DNA from: Acidimicrobiia bacterium
GTDB taxonomy: Bacteria > Actinomycetota > Acidimicrobiia > Spongiisociales > ZC4RG35
Reading direction: 5' to 3'
NCBI GenBank assembly: GCA_015488325.1
Contig: WFOA01000010.1
Coordinates: forward strand, 15,945 to 79,944
Length of the DNA: 64,000 nt
Shown: piece by piece, positions 9,223 to 18,846 of the stretch
Layout of the letters: each line of letters begins with the position of its first letter
How positions within the stretch are numbered: the first letter of the stretch is position 1
Notes under the pieces: model-generated
Database searches by the model: none
What the model saw: the letters and a program-made list of their open reading frames with translations, nothing else
What the model was told of the DNA's origin: nothing
Translations under genes and position numbers: made by a program

Positions 9223-10404
9223 GTGAGTTCGACATCACGGCCGCGGGTGCTGTTCTTGGGGAACGTGTTCCCCGTCCCTGCCGACGACGGCACCAAGATC
9301 CGGATCCGGAATCTGGTCGAGGCGGTGGCGACGGTCGCCGACGTCGACGTGTTCACCCTGTACGGCCCCGACGATCCCCTCGGCACCGCGGCCGACCTCG
9401 GGGTGGCGCGCCTCGGCGGCGTCTCCCGCAACCGGGCGTGGAGACCTCGCTCCCCGCTCCGATGGCCGGTGTCGCCCCTGCCGCGACCGTGGGCCTCCCG
9501 GGACGTGTCGGCCGCCCGGGAGGCCCTGTCGGCCTTCACCCGAGGTTCCTACGACCTCGTCTGGTACTGCCGGGTCGAGACGTTCCTCACCTTTGGTCCG
9601 GTCCCGGCGTCCCGCCGCCTGCTCGACGTCGACGTCCTGGAGGAGGAGCGGATCGCCACCTCCGTCGAAGCGGGGAAGGGTTCACCGCTGCGGACCTTCG
9701 CCGCCTTCGTCGACCGGGCACGGTGGCGAAGGCTCGAGAGGCGGGTCGTCGACGCCGTGGACGTCGCCTTCGTCTGCAGCGACGCCGACCGGCGCCACCT
9801 GGGAGGCGACGGCGTGGTGGTCGTCCCCAACGGCTACGAGGAGACCCGGTCGCTGCCGGCCGTCACGCCGGAGCACCCAACCGTCGGGTTCGTCGGCTCC
9901 TTCGCCTACGGGCCGAACGTCGACGCCGCCCGGGTCCTCGTGGAAGAGGTGATGCCGCGGGTCCGGGCACGGGTGCCCCAGGCACGCCTCCTCCTCGTCG
10001 GCAAACACGGCGACGAGCTGTTCGGCGTCGACCGCCCCGACTGGGTGGAGGCCACCGGCTACGTCGACGAGGTGGAACCCTGGCTGGCCCACATCGACGT
10101 GATGGCGGTGCCGATCAGGTATGGGGGCGGCACCCGGATCAAGATCCTCGAAGCCCTCTGCCACCGGATCCCGTTGGCCGCATACCGGTACGCGGTGGCC
10201 GGGATCGACGTGGCCGACGGGGTCCATGCCCGCCTCGTCGAGGACGCCGAGGGACTCGCCGCGGCCGTGGTGGCGCTGCTGGAAGACGCCGACTCGGCGG
10301 CCCGGCTGGCGGAGGCCGGGCGACGACTCTTCGAGGAGCGCTACCGCTGGGCTGCCATCCGCACACAGGTCGCCGGCCTCGTCGCCGACCTCGTTCAGAG
10401 GTAG
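9223..10404 (+). CDS. Glycosyltransferase family 4 (GT-B)
   Basis: VLFLGNVFPVPADDGTKIRIRNL at the N-terminus. C-terminal GT-B region ...VPIRYGGGTRIKILEALCHRIPLAAY... The start is set at GTG 9223 (GAGGAAG 5 nt upstream); the track ORF starts at 9115. Confidence 0.75.
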   Translation: MSSTSRPRVLFLGNVFPVPADDGTKIRIRNLVEAVATVADVDVFTLYGPDDPLGTAADLGVARLGGVSRNRAWRPRSPLRWPVSPLPRPWASRDVSAAREALSAFTRGSYDLVWYCRVETFLTFGPVPASRRLLDVDVLEEERIATSVEAGKGSPLRTFAAFVDRARWRRLERRVVDAVDVAFVCSDADRRHLGGDGVVVVPNGYEETRSLPAVTPEHPTVGFVGSFAYGPNVDAARVLVEEVMPRVRARVPQARLLLVGKHGDELFGVDRPDWVEATGYVDEVEPWLAHIDVMAVPIRYGGGTRIKILEALCHRIPLAAYRYAVAGIDVADGVHARLVEDAEGLAAAVVALLEDADSAARLAEAGRRLFEERYRWAAIRTQVAGLVADLVQR

Positions 10405-11324
10405 AGCACCCGGTACCGCACCGAACCGACGAGACGTCCCAGGCGCAGCCCCGCCCCTTTGATCCATTCCCGTCGGCGGCGGGAGGAGACGACGAGGGGG
10501 AGACGAGCGACGAGCGACACGTAGGCCCGGAGCGTCGACAGCACCCCCGGATGGGGCATGTACTCGGCGCCGTAGACCCGGCGGGCGAGAGCCTGCTCGA
10601 CGCCCCACCGTACCCGTTGCCGCCACAGGGACCAGGCGTCGTCCCGGATCCGGTACCAGATCTCGGCGTCGGGGACCGACACGTACGCGAGGCCTCCTCG
10701 CTGCAGCCGCCACGACAGGTCGAGTTCGGAGAGGTGGGACGGATAGTCCTCTCGGAACCCTCCCAGGGCCCTCCACAGGTCGGCCCGCATGGCGAAGTTG
10801 GCGCTGGAGGCGTGGGATGCGGCCGCGGGCGACCGTCCCCAGGGCTGTGTGTCACGGTCGGGATGGTCGGAGGGATGCATGGGACCCGCGCCCGCAGGCG
10901 CCGACGCCAGGGCCTCGACGAACGCAGAGATCCACCTGGTCGACACCCGGTCGTCGGCGTCGCAGAAACAGAGGATGTCTGCGTCGGTGGACTTGGCGCC
11001 GATGTTGCGGGCAGCCGGGGATCCGACCGGTTCGGGAACGGAGATCACCTGGAGGGCGGGGAGGCGCTCTCGGAAGCCCTCGGCGACGGCGCGGGTACCG
11101 TCGGTCGACCCGTCGTCGACCACCACCACCTCCCAGGGACCTTCGTAGTCTTGGGCTTCGAGGGCTTCGAGCTGCTCGGCGAGATGACGGGCCGCGTTCC
11201 GGGCCGGGATCACGACGGCGACCCTCGGGTTGGGACCCGGCGGGCGGCTCACCTCCGAGAGATCCGGCACATCCCAGGGGGCGAGGTCGTCGAGGCCCAT
11301 ACGGTGAGGATACCGAGGGTCCAT
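10395..11324 (-). CDS. Glycosyltransferase family 2 (paralog of 12876..13739)
   Basis: VAVVIPARNAARHL...VVVVDDGSTDGT...CFCDADD (DxD). C-terminal tail LGRLVGSVRYRVLYL is shared with the paralog. Start is ATG 11324 or 11300. Confidence 0.8.
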   Translation of the reverse strand: MDPRYPHRMGLDDLAPWDVPDLSEVSRPPGPNPRVAVVIPARNAARHLAEQLEALEAQDYEGPWEVVVVDDGSTDGTRAVAEGFRERLPALQVISVPEPVGSPAARNIGAKSTDADILCFCDADDRVSTRWISAFVEALASAPAGAGPMHPSDHPDRDTQPWGRSPAAASHASSANFAMRADLWRALGGFREDYPSHLSELDLSWRLQRGGLAYVSVPDAEIWYRIRDDAWSLWRQRVRWGVEQALARRVYGAEYMPHPGVLSTLRAYVSLVARLPLVVSSRRRREWIKGAGLRLGRLVGSVRYRVLYL

Positions 11325-11433
11325 GCGGGTCCCCGACCGCGGGCTAGCCTGCCCCGCAGTCGTGACCGAGGGTGGAGTGGCGGACAGGGCGGAGATCCCC
11401 AGAGGAGACGAGGAGGGGCTGAAAGCCGGCGCG

Positions 11434-12897
11434 ATGGCGGGCGGTCGCTGGTCGGCGACCTCCAGCATCGGCCGTCAACTCGTCACCACCCTCGCCACCG
11501 TCGTCCTGGCTCGGCTCCTCGCCCCCGCCGACTACGGGATCGCGGTGGCCGTCACCGTCATCCTCGGCGTCTTCGAGCTGATGTCACAGTTCGGAATCGG
11601 CCAGTCCCTGGTCCGTCACCGTCGACTCGACCCCTCGACCACGTCGACGACGTTCTGGGCCTCGCTGATCATCGCCGGGGTGGTCTCGACCAGCGTCGTG
11701 GTGTTCGCCGACCCGCTGGGGAGCCTCATCGGCCAGGAGGCTCTGGGGCCGTTCCTCCGGCTGGCGGCGGTCGGGTTGGCGGTCTCGATGGCGGCTTCGG
11801 TGCCTGCAGGTCTGCTCACCCGGCAGATGGAATGGTCGAAGCTGACGATGATCCAGCTCGCCGGGTCGATCGTCCAGTTCTCGGTGGCGGTGGGGTTGGC
11901 GGCGACGACGGCGCTCGGGGCGTGGGTCCTCATCATCGGACGGGTGGCCGGGTCGGCCTTCCAGTTCGTCGGCCTCTTCTGGGCGGCACGGTGGACCCCG
12001 ACCTGGGAGTTCTCCCCGGCGGTGCTCCGCCGGGACCTCTCCTTCAACCTGGGGTTCTGGAGCACCTACGTCACCTCGTATGTGGCGAAGAACCTGGACT
12101 ACTGGGTGGTGGGCCGGCTGTTGGGGGCTGCCGTGCTGGGCGTCTATTACATCGCCTACGTGCTGCCGGTGCTCGTCCGCCAGCGCATCACCCGGGTCCT
12201 GGAGGGTGTCTTGTATCCGGTCATGGCACGGGTCGCCGACGACCGCCGCCGTCTCGAAGCCGTGTACGTCGAAGCCCTCGGGTTCTCCACCTTCGTCACC
12301 CTCCCGGCGGTGCTGGGCCTGGTCGCCGTCGCCGACCTCGTCGTCCCCCTGTTCTTCGGTACCCAATGGTCCGGGGCGGTGGCACCGATGCGGATCCTGG
12401 CGCTGGCGACCGCCTTCGACGCCCTCCTCCCCGTCGGCACCGCCCTGTTCCTGGCCCTCGGCCTCCCCGGCCGCAACGCCGTCATCACCACCTCCCGGGT
12501 GGTGACGATGGTCGTCGTCTTGGCCGTGGTGGCCGGGTCCCGGGACCTCACCTCGATCGCGTGGGCGGTCGCCGCCGGGTCGGTGACGGCCGTCGTCGTG
12601 GCGTTCCGCCTCGTCGTCCGCCGGGCCGGCGTGTCGCCCCGCTCCTTCGCATCCGCGGTGCTCGCCCCGAGCGTCACCTCGGCGGCGATGCTCGGTGTCG
12701 TCGTCGCGACCCGCCAGTTCACCTTCGTCGGCGGCCTGGGCGACCTCCCCCAACTCGTCGTCGCCGTCGTCGTAGGGATCGTCGCCTACACGGTGCTCGG
12801 GATGGGACTGTTCCGCCGCCGATACCGGAAGTATTTCGCCGACCTCGCAACCCTGGTCGGCTTCGACCGGATCCGTCAGAGGACCAGCACCCGATAG
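11434..12897 (+). CDS. Wzx-type polysaccharide/oligosaccharide flippase (MOP superfamily)
   Basis: About 12 hydrophobic segments. The N-terminus SSIGRQLVTTLATVVLARLLAPADYGIAVAV...QSLV is typical of polysaccharide biosynthesis (Wzx) proteins. The start is uncertain (ATG 11434; track start 11323). Confidence 0.8.
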   Translation: MAGGRWSATSSIGRQLVTTLATVVLARLLAPADYGIAVAVTVILGVFELMSQFGIGQSLVRHRRLDPSTTSTTFWASLIIAGVVSTSVVVFADPLGSLIGQEALGPFLRLAAVGLAVSMAASVPAGLLTRQMEWSKLTMIQLAGSIVQFSVAVGLAATTALGAWVLIIGRVAGSAFQFVGLFWAARWTPTWEFSPAVLRRDLSFNLGFWSTYVTSYVAKNLDYWVVGRLLGAAVLGVYYIAYVLPVLVRQRITRVLEGVLYPVMARVADDRRRLEAVYVEALGFSTFVTLPAVLGLVAVADLVVPLFFGTQWSGAVAPMRILALATAFDALLPVGTALFLALGLPGRNAVITTSRVVTMVVVLAVVAGSRDLTSIAWAVAAGSVTAVVVAFRLVVRRAGVSPRSFASAVLAPSVTSAAMLGVVVATRQFTFVGGLGDLPQLVVAVVVGIVAYTVLGMGLFRRRYRKYFADLATLVGFDRIRQRTSTR

Positions 12898-13739
12898 CGG
12901 AACGCCCCTTCCAGGCGCCCCAGACGGAAGCCGAGCATCCAGGCGAAGCGGAAACGACCCGACCGGGAAGCGAGGAGGGGCAGGCCGGCGAACAGGCGTG
13001 CCCACCCCTTCAGGCCGGAGGTGAGCCGCAGCGGCGGCATCCCCTGGGGCTCGTAGCGGAGGTGCAGAGCGACGTCCGCCACCGCGTAGGCCCGGGCCTG
13101 GCGGAGGACCCCTCGGGTGTCGTGGCGGAGGCGGTAGTGGACCACGGCGTCGGCGGCGAAATGGAGTTCGTGACCGGCGAGCTGCATCCGCCAGCAGAAG
13201 TCGGTGTCGGGGAGAGAGGGAAGCGACTCGTCGAACCCTCCGACCGCCTGGGCCGCCTTCCGGTTCACCCCGAGGTTGGCTCCGGCCGCGTGGGGGAGGA
13301 AGCCGTATTTGTTCTGGGGACGGTCCGGTTGAGGGTTCGTACGGGTGGCCAGCACCCAGGGAGGGTTGAGTTCGGTGAGGTCGAGGGGTCCGGTGACGAG
13401 GGAGTGGGTGTCGAGGGCCCGGCTCATGGCGCCGACCCACCCGCGGCCGACGACGTCGTCGGCGTCGCAGAAGGCGATCTTGTCCGACGCCGCCTCGGCA
13501 AGACCCACGTTCCGGGCATGGGGTTCCCCTGCCCGCCGGAAGGCGTCGACGATCCGCAAGGGCAGCCGGGAGGCGAAGGCCTGGGCGACGTCCCGGGTCC
13601 GGTCGGTACTGCGGTTGTCCACCACCACCACCTCGAAGGACCCGGGATCGACCTGGCGGGTCAGGGCTTCGAGCTGGTCCGCCAACGTCGCCTCGGCGTT
13701 GAAGGCGGGGATGACGACGCTGAGCTCGGGTACCTCCAT
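12876..13739 (-). CDS. Glycosyltransferase family 2 (paralog of 10395..11324)
   Basis: LSVVIPAFNAEATL...VVVVDNRSTDRT...AFCDADD. C-terminal LGRLEGAFRYRVLVL. Its 3' end overlaps the convergent Wzx gene by 22 nt. Confidence 0.85.
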   Translation of the reverse strand: MEVPELSVVIPAFNAEATLADQLEALTRQVDPGSFEVVVVDNRSTDRTRDVAQAFASRLPLRIVDAFRRAGEPHARNVGLAEAASDKIAFCDADDVVGRGWVGAMSRALDTHSLVTGPLDLTELNPPWVLATRTNPQPDRPQNKYGFLPHAAGANLGVNRKAAQAVGGFDESLPSLPDTDFCWRMQLAGHELHFAADAVVHYRLRHDTRGVLRQARAYAVADVALHLRYEPQGMPPLRLTSGLKGWARLFAGLPLLASRSGRFRFAWMLGFRLGRLEGAFRYRVLVL

Positions 13740-13754
13740 CTTCGTGTCCCGGCC

Positions 13755-14906
13755 TCAGCCGCCCCTCGGGTCGGGGCCGGCAGAGACGACCCTTCGGGCG
13801 ATGTCTCGCCACAGGTCCACGGCGAGGCTCTCGGGAAGGGAGACGTCGGCGGTCTGGAGGACGGCTCCGCGGGGCACCGGCCGTTCGACGACGGCGTCGC
13901 GAATCAGCCCGATGGGGACGTGCTCGGGATGGTCGACGATGCGGACCGCCCGGCCCCGGAGATCGAAGGATCCGATCCCCCGGTCGAGACGGTCGCCGGG
14001 ATGCAGGTCCCGTTTCGCCACGGCCGCCAGGGACAGCTCGGGGCGAGCCGAGTTGTCGAGGAGCACCCCGCCCCCTTCCGTCACCCGTCGGATCGTCTTG
14101 AGGATCTCCAGATGCACGAAGATGTTGGGTCGGACGAGGGTGTAGTAGGGCCCGTCGCCCATCTTGTAGTACCGCAGGGCCGGGGCCTGGTCGGGGTCGT
14201 GGGTGGCGACGATGAACACGCCGTGGCTGAGATGGGGTGAGACGACGAAGTCGGTCACCGGCCGCCCCACCTTCTCCGCCAGCGACGCCAGGCGGGCGGC
14301 GCCGTCGGACAGGTCGTCGACCGCCGCCCCTTCCATGCCGTCGGGCCCGATGGTGGCACCGAAACGGTTCCCGACGAGGACCTGTTCGGCTTCGACCTTG
14401 GTGCCGTCGGTGAAGGCGGTCACCATCGGGAGGCTGATGCCCTGACGCTCGGCCCAATACTCCATCTCGTCGGGGGTGGGATCCCGGTTGAGGAACCCTT
14501 TCATGTTCCCGTAGGCGACGGGCCGAAAGCCCATCGCCACTGCCTCTTCGTGCAGCTCGGCGAGACAGCCCGGCTGGTCGCCGGCGGCTTCGGTCACGAC
14601 CCCTCGGCCGACGAAAGCCGAGCCGGTGGTGATGTGGAACTCGGTGTTCATGGTGACGACCGGGACGCCGCGGTCGACGGCCGCGGCCACCACGTCGGTC
14701 GCCCAGATGGGATCACCCGAGCATTCGACGACGACGTCGGCGTGGTCGACGAGCTCGTCGATCGAACGGGTGACCAGGTCGTCGTCGAAGACGTCCACCG
14801 TCCGACGTCGGGTGAGCACCTTGACGATACGGGCCGTGTCCCTCCGCCGGACTTCGGTGGCGAAGTTCCGGGCGATGAAGCCGGTTCCGACCAGACCCAG
14901 GTTCAT
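13755..14906 (-). CDS. NAD(P)-binding, homoserine-dehydrogenase-like oxidoreductase with C-terminal SAF domain (COG4091-like)
   Basis: Internal ATG at 14906 (ATGA overlap with the rmlA stop) gives [15 protein letters not shown] (Rossmann GxGxxA) ...VVECSG... The C-terminal region (DLHPGDRLD...[18 protein letters not shown]) is SAF-like. Family assignment is from memory. Confidence 0.65.
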   Translation of the reverse strand: MNLGLVGTGFIARNFATEVRRRDTARIVKVLTRRRTVDVFDDDLVTRSIDELVDHADVVVECSGDPIWATDVVAAAVDRGVPVVTMNTEFHITTGSAFVGRGVVTEAAGDQPGCLAELHEEAVAMGFRPVAYGNMKGFLNRDPTPDEMEYWAERQGISLPMVTAFTDGTKVEAEQVLVGNRFGATIGPDGMEGAAVDDLSDGAARLASLAEKVGRPVTDFVVSPHLSHGVFIVATHDPDQAPALRYYKMGDGPYYTLVRPNIFVHLEILKTIRRVTEGGGVLLDNSARPELSLAAVAKRDLHPGDRLDRGIGSFDLRGRAVRIVDHPEHVPIGLIRDAVVERPVPRGAVLQTADVSLPESLAVDLWRDIARRVVSAGPDPRGG

Positions 14907-15808
14907 CGGATCGGCCTCGACCGGGGTGCCCAGCCGCTGAAGGGCTGGTCCAACAGCTCGAGCAGGTACTGGCCGTACTGGGAGGAACGCATGGCACCGG
15001 CGAGCCGGCGGACCTGTTCGGCGTCGATGTAGCCCATCCGCCAGGCGATCTCCTCGGGGGCTGCGATCTGCAGACCCTGGCGGCGTTGGATCGTGGCGAT
15101 GAAGTTGGAGGCTTCGAGCAGGGCGTCGTGGGTTCCCGTGTCCATCCAGGTGGTTCCCCGGCCCAAGAGCTGCACCGACAGTCGGCCCTGTTCCAGATAC
15201 ACCCTGTTGAGGTCGGTGATCTCGAGTTCGCCCCGGGCCGACGGTTTCAGGCCTTTGGCGATGGAGGAGACGTCGCCGTCGTAGAAGTAGAGCCCGGTGA
15301 CGGCGAAGTTCGAACGGGGCCGTTCCGGTTTCTCCTCGATGGACAGCACCGTGCCCTTCTCGTCGAACTCGATCACCCCGTACCGCCGGGGGTCTCGCAC
15401 GTAGTAGGCGAACACGAGGGCCCCTTCGGTGAGGGCGGCGGCCTCCTGCACCCGGTCGGTGATGCCGTAGCCGAAGAAGATGTTGTCGCCGAGGATCAAA
15501 GCGACGGGGTCGCCGTCGACGAACCGTTCCCCGACGATGAAGGCGTCCGCCAGGCCCCGCGGTTCGGGCTGAAAGGCGTACGAGAAGCTGAGTCCCCACT
15601 GACTGCCGTCTCCGAGGACGTTGTGGAAGCTGGGGGCGTCGCCGGGGTTGGTGATGACGAGGATGTCGCGGATCCCGGCCAGCATCAGCACCGAGAGCGG
15701 GTAGTAGATCATCGGCTTGTCGAACACCGGTAGGAGCTGTTTGGAGACCCCCCGGGTGACGGGGGCCAGCCGGGTCCCCGAGCCGGCAGCGAGGATGATC
15801 CCTTTCAT
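14903..15808 (-). CDS. rmlA: Glucose-1-phosphate thymidylyltransferase
   Basis: [52 protein letters not shown]... is canonical RmlA. GGAGGG lies directly upstream of ATG 15808. Confidence 0.95.
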   Translation of the reverse strand: MKGIILAAGSGTRLAPVTRGVSKQLLPVFDKPMIYYPLSVLMLAGIRDILVITNPGDAPSFHNVLGDGSQWGLSFSYAFQPEPRGLADAFIVGERFVDGDPVALILGDNIFFGYGITDRVQEAAALTEGALVFAYYVRDPRRYGVIEFDEKGTVLSIEEKPERPRSNFAVTGLYFYDGDVSSIAKGLKPSARGELEITDLNRVYLEQGRLSVQLLGRGTTWMDTGTHDALLEASNFIATIQRRQGLQIAAPEEIAWRMGYIDAEQVRRLAGAMRSSQYGQYLLELLDQPFSGWAPRSRPIR

Positions 15809-16842
15809 CCCTCCGGCTCCAGGTCGATGAGAGCTCCGTCGAGCTCCACTTCGGCGAGACGGCGGCGCCATTCGGTGAGCAGCCGGTACCACTCGAGGGT
15901 GATGGTGTCGGGGGTCCGGTCGGTGAGACCCGCCGAGAGGGCCTCCACCACCTCCTGGACCCCGTCGATGGCGGTGAGTTCCGCCTTGTACCCCCGGGAT
16001 TCGATCTTGTCGAAGCACACCCGGTAGGACCGGTGGTCGGGGTCTCCGTACCATTCGATCTCGACGTCGTCGCCCACCGTTTCGGCGACGAGCCGGCCGA
16101 GGGGCCCGATCTGGTACACGTTCGCCTCCGAGCCCACGTTGAAGATCTCCCCGCTCACGTCCGAATGGGGAGCTTCGATGGCCCAGATGAGGGCGCGGCT
16201 GGTGTCGGCGACGTGGACCATCGGGCGCCACTGGCTTCCGTCCCGCATCAGCGGGAGACGACGATGTTTCCACGCCCCGTACGTCATCCCGTTGATGGCC
16301 AGGTCGAAACGCATCCGCGGGGAGTAGCCGTACACCGTCGCCTGGCGGAGCACCACCACACCGAAGGTGTCGCAGGCCAGGGGCAGCACCCCCGCCTCGG
16401 CCCGCTCGTTGGCCTGGGCGTAGATGGTGAGGGGGTTGGTGGGATGGGTCTCGTCGGCCACCACGTCGGGGTCTTGGAACCCGTACACCGAACAGGAGCT
16501 CGGCAGCACGTATCGTTCCACCCCGGCTTCACGGGCCAGACGGGCGCATCGCACCCTCGCCTCGTAGTTGATCTGCCAGGTGGCTTCGGGGAAGAGGGCG
16601 CCGCTGGGGTCGTTGGAGATGGCGGCCAGGTCGATCACGTACCGGACCCCGGAGAAATGGTCGGGACGCAGGCGTCGGGTGTCTTCGGTGATCTTCTCCA
16701 CCCGGTCGTCGTCGGCGAGGCGGTCCCGCCCGAAGAAGAACCGGTCGATGACCCGTACCCGGTATCCCCGTTCGACCAGCATCGGGACCAGGGTGGTGCC
16801 GATGTATCCGCCGCCGCCGGTCACCATCACCAGATCACTCAT
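15805..16842 (-). CDS. NAD-dependent epimerase/dehydratase family (extended SDR) protein with atypical YxxxN in place of YxxxK
   Basis: [15 protein letters not shown] (GxxGxxG) and SSCSVYG. At the position of the catalytic YxxxK the sequence reads [13 protein letters not shown] overlaps at both ends, with rmlC and rmlA. Confidence 0.8.
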   Translation of the reverse strand: MSDLVMVTGGGGYIGTTLVPMLVERGYRVRVIDRFFFGRDRLADDDRVEKITEDTRRLRPDHFSGVRYVIDLAAISNDPSGALFPEATWQINYEARVRCARLAREAGVERYVLPSSCSVYGFQDPDVVADETHPTNPLTIYAQANERAEAGVLPLACDTFGVVVLRQATVYGYSPRMRFDLAINGMTYGAWKHRRLPLMRDGSQWRPMVHVADTSRALIWAIEAPHSDVSGEIFNVGSEANVYQIGPLGRLVAETVGDDVEIEWYGDPDHRSYRVCFDKIESRGYKAELTAIDGVQEVVEALSAGLTDRTPDTITLEWYRLLTEWRRRLAEVELDGALIDLEPEG

Positions 16843-17411
16843 GGGGTCTCCTCGTCGTAGGTGAAGTACACGGGCAGGTCGGCGAAGCGGGGCTGTCTCC
16901 GGTCTTTCTCGGAGACGATGGCCTCGTCGGGGGCCACCGGCCAGTCGATCCCGAGGTCGGGGTCGTCCCAGGCCACCCCCCGGTCCACGTCGGGTGACCA
17001 GTGACTCGTGACCTTGTACAGGACTTCGGTGTTGGGTTGGAGGGTGCAGAACCCGTGGGCGAAGCCCACCGGCACGTAGACCTGGTTCCAGGCCTCCGCC
17101 GACAGTTCGACGGCGACGTGCCGCCCGAAGGTGGGTGAACCTCTGCGGAGGTCGACGAGGACGTCGAAGACGGCTCCGGCGGTGACCCGCACCAGCTTGG
17201 ACGTGGCCGCCGGGGGGACCTGGAAGTGGAGACCGCGTACCACTCCGACGTCCACCGAGAGGGAGTGGTTGTCTTGAACGAAGTCATCGTGGATGCCCAG
17301 CTCGGCGAGGGTTCGGCGGTTGTACACCTCGGAGAAGAAGCCCCGTTCGTCTCGGTGACGGTCCGGTACGAACAGCCACGCCCCCGGCAGCTCGAGCTCG
17401 ATCGCTTCCAC
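16839..17411 (-). CDS. rmlC: dTDP-4-dehydrorhamnose 3,5-epimerase
   Basis: VPDRHRDERGFFSEVY...VQDNHSLS..GVVRGLHFQ...KLVRVTAGAVFDVLVDLR..SPTFG...VPVGFAHGF is a cupin RmlC signature. GTG 17411 is preceded by GGAGGGGAGG. Confidence 0.9.
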   Translation of the reverse strand: MEAIELELPGAWLFVPDRHRDERGFFSEVYNRRTLAELGIHDDFVQDNHSLSVDVGVVRGLHFQVPPAATSKLVRVTAGAVFDVLVDLRRGSPTFGRHVAVELSAEAWNQVYVPVGFAHGFCTLQPNTEVLYKVTSHWSPDVDRGVAWDDPDLGIDWPVAPDEAIVSEKDRRQPRFADLPVYFTYDEETP

Positions 17412-17500
17412 CTGGCCTCCCCTCCACACCCACGGTCATGTTACCCGCCGGCACCGGGCCGACAAGGTGCGTCTCGAACCCCGCCGGAGCGTTTCCCAGG

Positions 17501-18679
17501 TCACCGCCCCAGCACCTCGTGGTAGAGACGCTCCAACTCGGCGGCCACTCGGTCCGGGCGAAATCCCTGCTCCACCACCCGTTTGGCGGCGGCACCGAGG
17601 CGGGCCCGCAGCTCGGCGTCTTCCGCCAGCTCGACGATCGCCGCCGCCAGCGCCTCAGGGTCCTGGGGTGGGACCGTGAGACCGCTTTCGCGGTCGGTGA
17701 CGACGTCGCTCATCGGGGGAACACCGGTGACGACGACCGCGCATTCGGCGGCCATCGCCTGCAGCATCGCCACCCCGATCCCTTCGAACAGGGAAGGGAA
17801 GGCGAAGACGTCGGCGGCCGCCAACAGGTCGACGACGTCACGGCGGTGCCCGAGGAACCGCATTCGGTCGCCGAGACCGGACGCGGCGAGCCGTCTCCGG
17901 AGGTCGTCGCTGAGACTGCCCGGCGTGCCGGCGACCAGGGCCCGAGCGGTGGGGATCCGGTCCACCACGAGCCGCATCGCTTCGATCAGGTAGCGCTGAC
18001 CCTTCTGGGGGGCTTCCCGGCCGATGTTCACCACGAGGAAGGTGTCCTCTGCCCAACCCATCTCCCCGAGGATCCGCTTCCGGGCGGCCTCACGGCCGCC
18101 GACGGGGACGAGATCGGCCGGGTCGACCGCCCGGGGGATGACGGCGATCCGTTCGTCGGCGATACGAGCGGTGTCTCTCCACGACCGAGCCACCTCCCCG
18201 GAGATGGCATGGAAACGGGTGACCAGCCGCATGGTGGTGGTGTCCACCACCTGGTAGGCCCGCAGCTTCCACCAGGCCAACGGGTTGTCGAGGGATTTCA
18301 CCTTCTCGTTGGCGATGTTCACCAGGGTCTCCACCACAGGAACGCGGAGGCGACGCCCGGCGAACCGGGCCGCCAAGGCGGCGTCGGCGAGGGAGCAGTG
18401 GACGAGGTCCGGCTCCAGATCGCGAAGTACACGGATGAGGTCACGGGCCCGGGTCCAGGGCCCGGGACGGGCGACACCCTTCGGGTACAGGTGGACGACC
18501 GGCACGGTCGAAGGCACTTCGTCCCTTCGCGACGGATCGACTTCGTAGAGGCAGACGAGGCTGTGGCGCAGCTCGGGGTCGGTGAACGACCGGAGGTTGG
18601 TGACGAGTTGCTGTTCGGCCCCCCCGGTCGCCGCGATCGAGTTGATGACGTGGACGACATGCGCCCGTCTGCGCGTCAT
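17501..18679 (-). CDS. Glycosyltransferase family 4
   Basis: HVVHVINSIAATGGAEQQL at the N-terminus. C-terminal FAFPSLFEGIGVAMLQAMAAECAVVVT (E-x7-E). An in-frame GTG at 18850 (GTGA overlap with the deacetylase stop) would add 57 aa, and that segment has high GC3. The start is therefore ambiguous. Confidence 0.8.
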   Translation of the reverse strand: MTRRRAHVVHVINSIAATGGAEQQLVTNLRSFTDPELRHSLVCLYEVDPSRRDEVPSTVPVVHLYPKGVARPGPWTRARDLIRVLRDLEPDLVHCSLADAALAARFAGRRLRVPVVETLVNIANEKVKSLDNPLAWWKLRAYQVVDTTTMRLVTRFHAISGEVARSWRDTARIADERIAVIPRAVDPADLVPVGGREAARKRILGEMGWAEDTFLVVNIGREAPQKGQRYLIEAMRLVVDRIPTARALVAGTPGSLSDDLRRRLAASGLGDRMRFLGHRRDVVDLLAAADVFAFPSLFEGIGVAMLQAMAAECAVVVTGVPPMSDVVTDRESGLTVPPQDPEALAAAIVELAEDAELRARLGAAAKRVVEQGFRPDRVAAELERLYHEVLGR

Positions 18680-18846
18680 GGTTCGGTGCGCTCCCGGCTC
18701 GGTGTCCTCCTCCGCCTCGACGAACCCGGCGTCTGCGGGCACCGAACCGTTCGCGTCGCTCCCCCGTCCGGCATGGGTTCCCCTCTCGAACGTCCACCGC
18801 GCATTATCGGACGCCGACGGGTTCAGGACCAAGTTCCCCACCTCGG

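Noticed and set aside
9438-14240. 1600-aa plus-strand ORF and 957-aa minus-strand ORF (11584..14457) spanning several GT, Wzx and oxidoreductase genes
   Set aside because: These are low-complexity Arg/Gly/Pro-rich translations. They cut across five independently well-supported genes, as expected for stop-codon-poor frames at about 70% GC.
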